From NCBI GenBank assembly GCA_023144875.1, contig JAGLEW010000050.1, positions 1,537 through 65,536 on the forward strand: a stretch of 64,000 bases of DNA. Direction: 5' to 3'. The notes beneath the pieces are model-generated. The model saw only the letters and a program-made list of their open reading frames with translations. It was not told the origin of the DNA and did no database searches. Origin of the DNA: Methylococcales bacterium. Lineage in GTDB: Bacteria > Pseudomonadota > Gammaproteobacteria > Methylococcales > Methylomonadaceae. Of this stretch, positions 30,534 to 39,839 are shown in pieces. Numbering within the stretch: position 1 is the first letter of the stretch; every line of letters starts with the position of its first letter. The translations under genes and the position numbers were made by a program.

Positions 30534-31001
30534 ATGCGCGATTCTCCAAAAGAAATAGACAGTCCTTTGTTAGAACTTTCAGACGAGGGGGGGGTAATCG
30601 ATTTAAGCTATGATGATTTTAGCATCGACCCCACCATAAATATCAATTCAAATAATCGAAAAACCATTCGCTATATTCGAAATGATATTCTGGCATCGGT
30701 GCATATTTCAAATATTATTGGGTATTATTCGGCAAAAAAACCGCCTCATTTGGAAGTGAAATTATTAGATATTAGCAGCAAAGGTGCGTTAATTTCATGC
30801 CCTAAACGATTACGAATGCGTAAAAAAATTAAACTAGTGCTTGTTTTTAAAACGAATAAAGTATTTGAGATTAGTGCTAGGGTGGTTCGTGAAGAAACGT
30901 ATGATCCACAAATTTATGGCATTAAGTTTGATAATATGGATCATAGCTTAGGGGACTATTTATTAGAAAGTCAGACCAATCTGATTTTACAAGAGCTTTA
31001 A
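30534..31001 (+). CDS. PilZ-domain (c-di-GMP binding) protein
   Basis: Both halves of the PilZ signature are present with normal spacing: RxxxR (NRKTIRYIR) and DxSxxG (LLDISSKGALI). 47 nt downstream of the zeta-like kinase gene. Confidence 0.8.
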   Translation: MRDSPKEIDSPLLELSDEGGVIDLSYDDFSIDPTININSNNRKTIRYIRNDILASVHISNIIGYYSAKKPPHLEVKLLDISSKGALISCPKRLRMRKKIKLVLVFKTNKVFEISARVVREETYDPQIYGIKFDNMDHSLGDYLLESQTNLILQEL

Positions 31002-31008
31002 GCGGGGT

Positions 31009-31941
31009 TTATTTTTTTTTCGGGGCATAATGCGAATGAGTACGTTTTGTTTGTTGAGCGATCAAAGGCTTTTTGATTTTAGACATTGGTTTTTTATGTT
31101 GCCATAAGGCTCTAGGGGTTTTTTCAGCAGGTAAACCCACAAACTCCATTAATATAGTACGTTCTTTATCATTCAGTTCGTAGTAAGCATGTGATTTAAT
31201 GTTTTCAGGTAAGAGAGCGGGTCCGTAGCGCACACGCATTAAGCGGCTGACAATAAGCGCTTGAGATTCCCACAAGCGCCGTACCAATCGGTTACGGCCT
31301 TCTTTCACCACGACGTGATACCATTTATTAGCCCCTTCACCCGCAAAAAAACGAACATCATCAAAATGCGCCATGCCATCGTCTAACTCTACCCCTGATT
31401 TTAAACGTTCTAAGGTCGTATCATCGACTTTTCCTAAAATTCTAACCGCATATTCCCGCTCAATTTCCGTAGAAGGGTGCATCAAACGATTTGCTAACTC
31501 CCCATTATTGGTGACAAGAATAAGCCCCGAGGTATTAATATCCAATCGTCCTACCGCAATCCAACGACCTACGCTTAATTTTGGTAAACGGGTAAAAATA
31601 ACAGGTCGCCCTTCGGGATCTCGGCGGGTAACCACTTCTCCTGTTGCTTTGTGATACGCTAATACTTGTGTGGGTTGTTGGCTAAATTTTTCCCAATGAA
31701 CAATACGCCCTTTAATGTGTAAAATATCCCCTGTTTTTAATGATTGCCCCAGCTCAACCAATACGCCATTAATGGTAAGCAGTCCTTCTTTAATCCAGCG
31801 TTCAATTTCTCGCCGAGAGCCTAAACCACCGCGTGCTAAAATCTTTTGTATGCGCTCACCAGAGGGAATTATGTTGATAGGATCGGTTTTAGGTTCCGAT
31901 TGTTGAGGTTTGGTTGGTTTTTTTTGAGGTATTTTAGCCAC
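31009..31941 (-). CDS. rluB: 23S rRNA pseudouridine synthase RluB
   Basis: S4 domain (RIQKILARGGLGSRREIERWIKEG), catalytic GRLDINTSGLILVTNNGE, and Lys-rich tails typical of RluB. Confidence 0.85.
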   Translation of the reverse strand: MAKIPQKKPTKPQQSEPKTDPINIIPSGERIQKILARGGLGSRREIERWIKEGLLTINGVLVELGQSLKTGDILHIKGRIVHWEKFSQQPTQVLAYHKATGEVVTRRDPEGRPVIFTRLPKLSVGRWIAVGRLDINTSGLILVTNNGELANRLMHPSTEIEREYAVRILGKVDDTTLERLKSGVELDDGMAHFDDVRFFAGEGANKWYHVVVKEGRNRLVRRLWESQALIVSRLMRVRYGPALLPENIKSHAYYELNDKERTILMEFVGLPAEKTPRALWQHKKPMSKIKKPLIAQQTKRTHSHYAPKKK

Positions 31942-32053
31942 AGGAATTTTTGATAGTGTCAGTAGAAAATGAAGTAAAAGTAAATAAATCAGCGGTATCT
32001 TAGCCTGAATGAAACATCATTTTAACATTTATATATTTTAAACAAGAACTTAA

Positions 32054-33538
32054 ATGCGAACGAATAAAATTCAAGCCCTGATGGTACAGGGAACCACTTC
32101 GGATGCAGGAAAAAGCACATTAGTAACCGCATTATGTCGTTATTTTCACCGACAAGGCATTTCTGTTGCGCCATTTAAACCACAAAATATGGCATTGAAC
32201 AGTGCAGTTACCGCAGAGGGTGGCGAAATTGGGCGAGCGCAGGCTGTACAAGCCATTGCCGCAGGAATAAAACCTCATGTTGACATGAACCCGATTTTAT
32301 TAAAACCTAATTCGGATAAAACCGCACAAGTCATTGTGCAGGGCAAAGCACAGGATAATCAAACGGCGCAAAGCTATCATGCCTATAAAAAAATTGCGAT
32401 GACGGCGGTATTAGCCTCTTATCAACGGCTACAAAAACAATATGAGACCGTTATTATCGAAGGGGCGGGGAGTCCTGCCGAAATTAATTTACGCGCAGGG
32501 GATATTGCGAATATGGGCTTTGCCGAGAAGGTTGATTGCCCTGTTATTTTAATTGCGGATATTGAAAAAGGCGGTGTTTTTGCTCATATCGTTGGGACTT
32601 TAGAGTTATTATCGGCTTCCGAGCGCCAGCGAGTTATAGGGTTTGTGATTAATCGTTTTCGAGGGGATATGCACTTATTGGATTCAGGTGTTGAATGGTT
32701 AGAGACAAAAACTAAGAAACCCGTGTTGGCTGTTTTGCCTTATTTGCAGGGTTTTCATTTGGATTCAGAAGACTCTTTAAATCTCAACTTGGTTGATAAA
32801 AAATCAAAAAAACGTCTTAAAATTGCAATTCCGAAACTCCCGCGAATGAGTAATCATACCGATTTTGATCCTTTGAAATGGCATCCTGAGGTTGAATTAA
32901 ACTTTGTTGAACAGCCTGCTGATCTTCAAAACAGCGACCTTATTATTTTATCGGGCAGTAAGTCGGTTCGAGATGATTTAGCGTGGTTAAAAAAACACGG
33001 TTTTGAACAGGCGATTAAATGCCATTTACGTTATGGGGGGAAATTAATTGGCATTTGCGGGGGCTATCAAATGCTTGGGCACGTTATTCATGACCCCTCA
33101 GGCATTGAAGGAAAGGTGGGTTCAAGTAGAGGCTTAATGTTATTAGATACAGAAACCACTTTAAAATCACAAAAGGTTTTGCGCCAAGTCACAGGGGTAT
33201 TGACGTTTGAAAAAATACCCATTTCAGGCTATGAAATTCATGCAGGAATTACCACAGGCTTAAGTTTAAACCGTCCTTTAATGCAATTATTAGGTAAAGA
33301 TGAAGGGGTAATTTCAGATGATAATCTGATCATTGGCACTTATTTACACGGTTTATTTGATTCAAAAAATGCGTGTGATGCCTTATTAAAATGGGCAGGG
33401 CTGACAACATCGGCGGCGATTGATTATCAGAGCTTACGAGAAAAAAATATTGATGTGATTACGGATACTTTAGAGCAATATTTTAATTTTAAGCAGCTTG
33501 AAAAGGGGTTAGCAAAATACGCTCAACGGTTTTCGTAA
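32054..33538 (+). CDS. cobQ: Cobyric acid synthase CobQ/CbiP
   Basis: N-terminal P-loop [13 protein letters not shown]-terminal glutamine amidotransferase with [10 protein letters not shown] (Cys) and GYEIHAG (His). Confidence 0.92.
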   Translation: MRTNKIQALMVQGTTSDAGKSTLVTALCRYFHRQGISVAPFKPQNMALNSAVTAEGGEIGRAQAVQAIAAGIKPHVDMNPILLKPNSDKTAQVIVQGKAQDNQTAQSYHAYKKIAMTAVLASYQRLQKQYETVIIEGAGSPAEINLRAGDIANMGFAEKVDCPVILIADIEKGGVFAHIVGTLELLSASERQRVIGFVINRFRGDMHLLDSGVEWLETKTKKPVLAVLPYLQGFHLDSEDSLNLNLVDKKSKKRLKIAIPKLPRMSNHTDFDPLKWHPEVELNFVEQPADLQNSDLIILSGSKSVRDDLAWLKKHGFEQAIKCHLRYGGKLIGICGGYQMLGHVIHDPSGIEGKVGSSRGLMLLDTETTLKSQKVLRQVTGVLTFEKIPISGYEIHAGITTGLSLNRPLMQLLGKDEGVISDDNLIIGTYLHGLFDSKNACDALLKWAGLTTSAAIDYQSLREKNIDVITDTLEQYFNFKQLEKGLAKYAQRFS

Positions 33539-34571
33539 CCTGCGTTACCGTAATTGCATCTAAGCAATCGCTATGACTTTGTTGATGTTGCTCGCAGCCT
33601 TCTAAATAACACGGGACGCATTTTAAATTAGCTTGAATAAGATAAACATTATTCACGTGCTGACAACCTTTGGTTTTAAACGGCGGGATATTTGATGTAT
33701 AAGCACATGGCCACGGTGTCCATTTCACAGGATCACTCGGGCCAAATAAAGCGATGGTTTTAACACCTGTCGCGGCGGCAAGGTGGGTGATGCCCGTATC
33801 AGGGCCGATAAAAAACTGGGCTTTTTTGATAACCGTGGCTAATTGCGCTAAGGAGACTTTTCCCGCAATATTAAGCGTATTTTGTGGCATTTTAGCTTGA
33901 ATAGCGTTTAAATGCTGTAATTCTTGTGAGTCAGGGCTACCTGATAAAATAATTTGTAATGAATGTTGCTCTAAAAAATACGCCAGTGCAATCCAGTTTT
34001 CACGAGGCCATTGCTTATAACGCCATTGAGGCAGAACGTGCATGACCACATACGGTTTTTCGGTCAGTGGAAAGGGTTTTTTTGTGGATGGCGGCGTGAG
34101 TTGATAAGCGGGTTTGATATTTAATAACGAACACAAGCGCAATAATTCTAAGACAGTATGGGTTTTAGTTTTATCAAAGATTAATGATTTTTGAAAAAAA
34201 TACCGTTTCATTCCCCCTTTTTTAGACGGATGCGGCACAAAACCAATCCGTGTGGAGGCGGCTAAAAAGCTGTATAAGGTAGGTCTATCGCCTGTTTGGG
34301 TGCTAATGGCTAAATCATATCGGCGAAACAGTCGTTTAAATAAAGCGTGGTAGCCTTGCAAGCTGGGTTTGGGCGCACAGGTAATGCAATTAGAAATAGC
34401 ATAATTGTCTTCCATCATTCCTACGGTATTTTTATATAAAAGAACATCAATTTCAGCCGTTGGGTAGGCTTGCTTTAAGGCATTAATCAAGGCAGTGGTT
34501 AAAAGTGTATCACCTAAAAACCGCAAAGTTACCACTAAAATACGCTGAGGCGGTTGTTTTGGGAAAAGCAT
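33489..34571 (-). CDS. Glycosyltransferase family 9 (LPS heptosyltransferase, RfaQ/heptosyltransferase III-like)
   Basis: N-terminal [36 protein letters not shown], and a C-terminal Cys cluster CVPCYLEGC...SDC. The 3' end overlaps cobQ convergently by 50 nt. Confidence 0.8.
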   Translation of the reverse strand: MLFPKQPPQRILVVTLRFLGDTLLTTALINALKQAYPTAEIDVLLYKNTVGMMEDNYAISNCITCAPKPSLQGYHALFKRLFRRYDLAISTQTGDRPTLYSFLAASTRIGFVPHPSKKGGMKRYFFQKSLIFDKTKTHTVLELLRLCSLLNIKPAYQLTPPSTKKPFPLTEKPYVVMHVLPQWRYKQWPRENWIALAYFLEQHSLQIILSGSPDSQELQHLNAIQAKMPQNTLNIAGKVSLAQLATVIKKAQFFIGPDTGITHLAAATGVKTIALFGPSDPVKWTPWPCAYTSNIPPFKTKGCQHVNNVYLIQANLKCVPCYLEGCEQHQQSHSDCLDAITVTQVTKTVERILLTPFQAA

Positions 34572-34587
34572 TTTAAATACAATAGGT

Positions 34588-36243
34588 TTATTCGTTTGAA
34601 TTAGCGTTATTGCTATTTTCTAGGGTGTTAAGGCATGTCCAAAAATCGGAAAATAAATGCTTTTCAGGGATTAAATTGGGAATTAAGCTGATATTTTTAA
34701 GCATATCTTTGGGTTGATCTTGAATTTCACTGATTAACACGGTGATCCCTTTTGCATTTAAATCTAAGACGGCATCTTCAATGGCATAAATCCCTGATTG
34801 GTCAATATAAGGCACGCGCGCCATTCGCATAATAATCACTTTAACATCAGGTAAAGCGCGGTGCATTTCTTGAAACTTGGTGGTAAATCCGAAAAATATG
34901 GGCCCGTCAAAATGCTTGATATAAACTTGTTTTTGAATAAATTCAGAGAGATTGGCTTCATCTGCCCATGCTTCTTCTTTCACAAAATCGCCAACATACC
35001 CTGAGGTGGATTTACTACTGGTAATATCGCTCATTTTTTTCATAAATAAGATGGAGGCGAGTACCATACCCACGGCAACAGCTTGTAATAAATCAACAAA
35101 GACAGTCAACCCTAATACAACCATCATAATCACAGAGTCAGTACGCGGCACATGGGCAATGTGTTTGATACCTTTGTAATCAATAATGCCAATGCCGACG
35201 GTAATTAAAATCCCCGCTAAGACGGGTAGGGGAATTAATTTGGCGTAAGCCCCTGCGCCTAATAAAACAATTAACAGGGCGATACTATGGATAACCCCTG
35301 AAAGTCGGGTCCTGCCGCCTGAATTAATATTCACCACGGTGCGCATAGTTGCTCCTGCTCCAGGAATACCGCCAATGGCCGCCACTACTATATTTCCCAA
35401 GCCTTGACCGATCAATTCTTTATTACTTTTATGCTGGGTTTTAGTCATATTATCAGCAACAATAGACGTTAATAACGAGTCAATGGCACCCAGCGCCGCT
35501 AATGTAATTGCAGGAATAATAATTAACATTGGTTGCGTTAAATCAATACTGCTTAAGGTGTTGAGTTTTAATTCGGGTAAGCCTTTAGGAATATCGCCAA
35601 TGACCGACACATCCAATTCCATCATCGCCGATACAATGGTTAAAATAATTAATGCAACTAAGGCGCTTGGTACTGCTTTGGTCAGTTTTGGGAAAAGATA
35701 AATAATCGTAATAGTGGCTGAGGCGAGTGCGACCGACATAAAATTAATTTGTTCTAACAGGGGAGGAAGGCCTGTGAAAATACTGGGAATATTTTTAGGG
35801 GATGTTTGTCCAAAAAAGGGGAACACTTGCAATAGGATAATGATAACGCCGATGCCACTCATAAAGCCTGAGACCACAGGGTAGGGCATATAACGAATAT
35901 ATTGACCTATTTTAAAAACCCCTAATAAAATTTGGAAGACACCTGCTAATAAAAAAATGGCAATGATACTCCCCATTGCGGTTTCAAGACTGCCGTGCAT
36001 TTCAATCGCGCTGGCAATTATGACTGCAGAAACAACGGTCATAGGCCCTGTAGGGCCACTGATTTGAGTGGGAGTTCCTCCATACCATGCGGCAATTATG
36101 CCAATGGCGATCGCGCCATAAAGCCCTGCAACCGCACCCATTCCTGATTGTAAACCAAATGCTAGTGCCAGTGGTAATGCGACAACACCTGCGGTTAAAC
36201 CTCCAAAAAAATCACCACGTAAAGAAGATGTATTCATTGGCAT
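34588..36243 (-). CDS. SulP-family anion transporter with a C-terminal STAS domain
   Basis: 551 aa. GDFFGGLTAGVVALPLALAFG SulP N-terminal signature, ~11 hydrophobic segments, and a STAS-like C-terminus (VIIMRMARVPYIDQSGIYAIEDAVLDLNAKGITVLISE). Confidence 0.85.
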   Translation of the reverse strand: MPMNTSSLRGDFFGGLTAGVVALPLALAFGLQSGMGAVAGLYGAIAIGIIAAWYGGTPTQISGPTGPMTVVSAVIIASAIEMHGSLETAMGSIIAIFLLAGVFQILLGVFKIGQYIRYMPYPVVSGFMSGIGVIIILLQVFPFFGQTSPKNIPSIFTGLPPLLEQINFMSVALASATITIIYLFPKLTKAVPSALVALIILTIVSAMMELDVSVIGDIPKGLPELKLNTLSSIDLTQPMLIIIPAITLAALGAIDSLLTSIVADNMTKTQHKSNKELIGQGLGNIVVAAIGGIPGAGATMRTVVNINSGGRTRLSGVIHSIALLIVLLGAGAYAKLIPLPVLAGILITVGIGIIDYKGIKHIAHVPRTDSVIMMVVLGLTVFVDLLQAVAVGMVLASILFMKKMSDITSSKSTSGYVGDFVKEEAWADEANLSEFIQKQVYIKHFDGPIFFGFTTKFQEMHRALPDVKVIIMRMARVPYIDQSGIYAIEDAVLDLNAKGITVLISEIQDQPKDMLKNISLIPNLIPEKHLFSDFWTCLNTLENSNNANSNE

Positions 36244-36335
36244 TCATTGTCCTTTGCTAAAATTGTTGATAAATTATAACGTCAAAGATGTTGGGGTTTA
36301 AACTTATCCTGAACAATTTATTTAGAATAAGGGGG

Positions 36336-37088
36336 TTAATTTATCAGCCAACCAGTTCTTGCGGCAATTGCAACGGCTTCGGTACGATTTGAGGCGTTAA
36401 ATTTTTGCATGATATTTTTAATATGAAACTTAATGGTACGCTCAGAAAGTGCGAGTATTGCGGCAATATCACTATTATTTCGCCCCTTTGCCATCCACAT
36501 TAAACATTCTTGTTCTCTTTTGGTTAATAAAAGAGAGGCGGTGTCATCTTCTCCCCCCAAAATAATAAAGTCTGCCATGCTGGCGACAAACTGAGTCACT
36601 TGTAATTGCAATTTGGGTAAATTTTCGCTAATTCGCTGTTGATTTTCAGGGTGATTACCTAAAAAATAGGCGTAAAAAACTTGGGTTCTAAAAGGGGTAT
36701 GAATTGGGATGTAAATATCTTGATGAAAGCCAAAGCGGCGCTCAAGTTCGTACAATAGTCGCAAACGTTTGGTGGGCGGTTTATAGGAAGGGTGGGTTCG
36801 AATTTCTTCTGTTGAAAAAGGCTCGGTGCGTTCGGTTGCGATATGAACGATGGGGTCGTCTTGATAAAACTTTTTATTAAAATACAACACTTCAAAGGCT
36901 TTTAAATACGCAGGCCCTTTTGAAACCATGAAGCAATCATTGGCATTGAGCTCTACAATAGGTTTATGCAGATGCGTCCAAAAAAAATAGCCACCAAAGC
37001 CATAAGATTTAATGGTATTGTCCATGATGGTGGTTATATCATCTAAGGTAAAGCTACTGCTAAGTTGTTTGCTAAAGGATTCTGTCAT
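36336..37088 (-). CDS. LuxR-family regulator (TraR/LuxR-type ligand-binding domain plus HTH); LuxR solo
   Basis: Aligns with TraR: AFEVLYFNKKFYQDDPIV vs QWQSTYFDKKFEALDPVV. C-terminal GerE/LuxR HTH (LTKREQECLMWMAKGRNNSDIAAILALSERTIKFHIKNIMQKF). No luxI-type gene in the window. Confidence 0.8.
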   Translation of the reverse strand: MTESFSKQLSSSFTLDDITTIMDNTIKSYGFGGYFFWTHLHKPIVELNANDCFMVSKGPAYLKAFEVLYFNKKFYQDDPIVHIATERTEPFSTEEIRTHPSYKPPTKRLRLLYELERRFGFHQDIYIPIHTPFRTQVFYAYFLGNHPENQQRISENLPKLQLQVTQFVASMADFIILGGEDDTASLLLTKREQECLMWMAKGRNNSDIAAILALSERTIKFHIKNIMQKFNASNRTEAVAIAARTGWLIN

Positions 37089-37105
37089 CTTTATAGACCC
37101 CTATT

Positions 37106-38272
37106 TTAGTAAGAAGTGACGGGGACTTCTTTAGGTGTATTTTTATGGGACATTAATTTTATAGCGATGAGCGCTAGCACGGACACCACGATTAACCCGC
37201 CTGCTAATAAGGGGCGATAAGCAATCCATGCAATTGCAATGGTGATGAAAGCGCAAGGAATGGTGATTAAAAAGGCTAAAATTTTGGTGCCAATTTCAAC
37301 AATATTACCCAGTAAAGGGACGACATTGGCTAACATAGCTAGGGGTTGAAGTATCAAGGACAAGCCTCCCCACATAAGTAATAGACCAGCAATACGAAGC
37401 GCCCACGTCATAATCGTGTTTTCTTCATGTGCGAGTGTGAATAAGGTTTTTGCTTCAATATTTCCTGACTTTAAAAAGTCAATTGGACTGCCTGCTTTGG
37501 TTTCATAAGCGATAAAACTATCGCCTTTTTGTTGCGCCATTACCGTTATTTCCATAGGGCTAACCATTTGAAAATGAATTTTCATATCACCAATAGCAGG
37601 ATCGCCTTCGCTGGTACCCAAGTAAAAATGATCGCCCATAATCGCCACTTTTTTATCCGCTAAGGTTTTTGGCGCGGTAAAACTGTGCAAGCTTAATGTA
37701 GATTTTTGAGTAATGCGATTAATCTGTGATGGATTTAGCTTGAAGTGGCCGACTGTTACATTTTTAGCTTTCCATGTTTTATAAGGAAAGGGGAGCGTTG
37801 GGTTTGTATGACCTAAGCGTTTAAATTGACTGGATTCAATTTGATGATTGCTCCATTCTTTTTCATAGGTGTAAGTCGTTTTTGTTTCTTTGGTACCGCC
37901 AATTTTTTCTGTGGTTTCGGTTGTTTTATGCTCATTCCATTGATACATGGAGATATGACGGACTAATTTAATTGCCGTGGCTGAAACATTGAAGACTTCA
38001 TCCTTTAACACATCCTGAGACGAGGCAAGCCCTTGAGTGTGGATTAACTGGCCATTATTTTCCAAATCAATAAGCTCTGAGGAAACAGAAATAACTAATT
38101 CTTGACCTTCGTTTAAACTATCATAGCGCTCAACCGAGTGGCCTTCATTCCACCATAACAGGGGAAAGGCGGCAATAAATAATACAATACCAAAAAAAAT
38201 TCCCGTTAAAGAACTCCCCATACGGCTGAACCAATTTTCGCGGCTAATATCGGTGAAAGAATCATTATTCAT
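37106..38272 (-). CDS. DUF1625 / TMEM43-like membrane protein
   Basis: N-terminal TM helix followed by PLLWWNEGHSVE, a large soluble middle region, and a C-terminal cluster of 3-4 TM helices. This architecture is recalled for the TMEM43 family. Confidence 0.6.
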   Translation of the reverse strand: MNNDSFTDISRENWFSRMGSSLTGIFFGIVLFIAAFPLLWWNEGHSVERYDSLNEGQELVISVSSELIDLENNGQLIHTQGLASSQDVLKDEVFNVSATAIKLVRHISMYQWNEHKTTETTEKIGGTKETKTTYTYEKEWSNHQIESSQFKRLGHTNPTLPFPYKTWKAKNVTVGHFKLNPSQINRITQKSTLSLHSFTAPKTLADKKVAIMGDHFYLGTSEGDPAIGDMKIHFQMVSPMEITVMAQQKGDSFIAYETKAGSPIDFLKSGNIEAKTLFTLAHEENTIMTWALRIAGLLLMWGGLSLILQPLAMLANVVPLLGNIVEIGTKILAFLITIPCAFITIAIAWIAYRPLLAGGLIVVSVLALIAIKLMSHKNTPKEVPVTSY

Positions 38273-38328
38273 ATTTAAGTCCTTACAAACTATGGGTGAA
38301 GTAATTTTATAATAACAGGAGACTATTC

Positions 38329-38343
38329 ATTGATACAATCAAT
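38329..38343. promoter_or_regulatory. Perfect 6-3-6 palindrome ATTGAT-aca-ATCAAT in the divergent promoter region
   Basis: Read directly. Lies 57 nt upstream of the DUF1625-luxR transcription unit and 43 nt upstream of cbiB. Candidate dimeric regulator site; function unknown. Confidence 0.25.
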
Positions 38344-38385
38344 TATAGATAAATATTCCCCATTAATGAATGAAGGTAAAACCTT

Positions 38386-39297
38386 ATGTTAAGTATTATC
38401 ATTGCAGTGGCGTTAGATTTATATTTTGGAGAACCAAAAAAAGGTCACCCTTTAATTGCCTTTGGGAGATTGGTCGATAAAGTTGAACATATTTTTTTTA
38501 TCGAATCCTTATCACCCGTATTACAAAGAACGGTGGGAGTTTTAGCATGGTTATTAATTATGATTTTATTTTTAGTGCCCCTTTATTTTTGTCAACAAAT
38601 AGATTTTTTTAATTGGGTGTTTGCCCCGATTGTTTTATATTTTTGTATTGCCGCGACCAGTTTAAAACAACATGGACAAGCGGTATTTAACGCCTTACAA
38701 CAGAATGATTTAACGTTAGCACGAGAAATGGTGGCTCGAATTGTGAGTCGTGATTGTCAAGAAATGGATGTGCTAGCGGTGCGTAGAGCCAGTTTAGAAT
38801 CTGTTTTAGAGAATGGGGCGGATGCTGTTTTTGCGCCTATTTTTTGGTTTTTAATTGCAGGTCCTGTTGGTGTTGTGTTGTATCGTTTGAGTAATACCTT
38901 AGATGCCATGTGGGGGTATAAAAGCACACGGTATTTATATTTTGGCTGGGCGGCGGCACGTTTGGATGATGTTTTAAATTTTATTCCCGCGCGTTTAACC
39001 GCACTGAGTTATATTTTGTTGGGGAATACGGCCTTAGGATGGCGTTGTTGGCAAACACAGGCGGCTTTTTTAGACAGTCCTAATGCTGGGGTAGTGATGA
39101 CGGCAGGTGCTGGAAGTTTAAACCTGCAATTAGGTGGGGTTGCTCTGTATCATGGCATTGAAAAACAAAAGCCTTTATTCGGTGGAAAAAGGTTACCTGA
39201 AAATCAGGATCTTTATCGTGCGAATCAACTGATTGATCGAACGTTAATGTTATGGGGTGGGGGGGTGTTAATCGGCCTGCTTATTAAAATAATTTAA
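38386..39297 (+). CDS. cbiB: Adenosylcobinamide-phosphate synthase CbiB (CobD)
   Basis: 303 aa polytopic protein with GEPKKGHPLIAFGRLV, LESVLENGADAVFAPIFWF and SPNAGVVMTAGAGSLNLQLGG motifs. Confidence 0.88.
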   Translation: MLSIIIAVALDLYFGEPKKGHPLIAFGRLVDKVEHIFFIESLSPVLQRTVGVLAWLLIMILFLVPLYFCQQIDFFNWVFAPIVLYFCIAATSLKQHGQAVFNALQQNDLTLAREMVARIVSRDCQEMDVLAVRRASLESVLENGADAVFAPIFWFLIAGPVGVVLYRLSNTLDAMWGYKSTRYLYFGWAAARLDDVLNFIPARLTALSYILLGNTALGWRCWQTQAAFLDSPNAGVVMTAGAGSLNLQLGGVALYHGIEKQKPLFGGKRLPENQDLYRANQLIDRTLMLWGGGVLIGLLIKII

Positions 39298-39300
39298 AAA

Positions 39301-39332
39301 TTAAGGGATTAAAATAATTGATAACCCCTTAA
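39301..39332. terminator. Weak hairpin between convergent cbiB and the hns-like gene (possible bidirectional terminator)
   Basis: TTAAGGG, an 18-nt loop, then CCCTTAA. Followed by GGTTTT on the plus strand and TTTTT on the minus strand. The stem is short and the loop large. Confidence 0.3.
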
Positions 39333-39346
39333 GGTTTTAATGTGGT

Positions 39347-39679
39347 TTAAATCTCAAATTCTTCGATGCCTCTGCCAGAATCAACCAATGCTAATAACCA
39401 GTTTGGTTTTCTACCACGACCTGACCAGCCTTGGGTTGGGTTGTCTGGGTTTCTATAACGGATGGTAGACGTTTTTTTAGAAGAAGAGGCTAAAATTTCT
39501 TCTAAAGCAAAACCTGATTCATTCGCAATACGGGTCATTTTATTAATGATATCATTTCGGTCTTGCTCTTTACGACGTGTAATTGCATCATTAATAGTTA
39601 TTTGAATATTTTGTAAATCTTTTAAAGGAATTTCCACAAAATCTTGGGTGGTCATTTTATTTAATGCTGAAAGTTTCAT
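39347..39679 (-). CDS. H-NS-family nucleoid-associated protein
   Basis: 110 aa. N-terminal coiled-coil and a C-terminal DNA-binding motif, IRYRNPDNPTQGWSGRGRKPNW...GRGIEEFEI (compare E. coli TWTGQGRTPAV...LDDFLI). Confidence 0.8.
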   Translation of the reverse strand: MKLSALNKMTTQDFVEIPLKDLQNIQITINDAITRRKEQDRNDIINKMTRIANESGFALEEILASSSKKTSTIRYRNPDNPTQGWSGRGRKPNWLLALVDSGRGIEEFEI

Positions 39680-39839
39680 AGTTCTTTTAGGGGTTGGAGA
39701 AAAATTATAATGAATATCGTTTTTTTAAAGGACGTTTTTATTATTATATATTCGATTAAAACATCTATGATAAGGGTATTTTAAAAAATCTTCAATGGGC
39801 TTGGACGATTAAACCCGTGCAAATGCTTTTGTGGGAGGA

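Noticed and set aside
31942-32053. Possible cobalamin riboswitch upstream of cobQ
   Set aside because: The spacer is only 112 bp and very AT-rich, with no B12-box-like GCCACTG element and none of the paired G/C-rich stems. It is too short for RF00174-type architecture.
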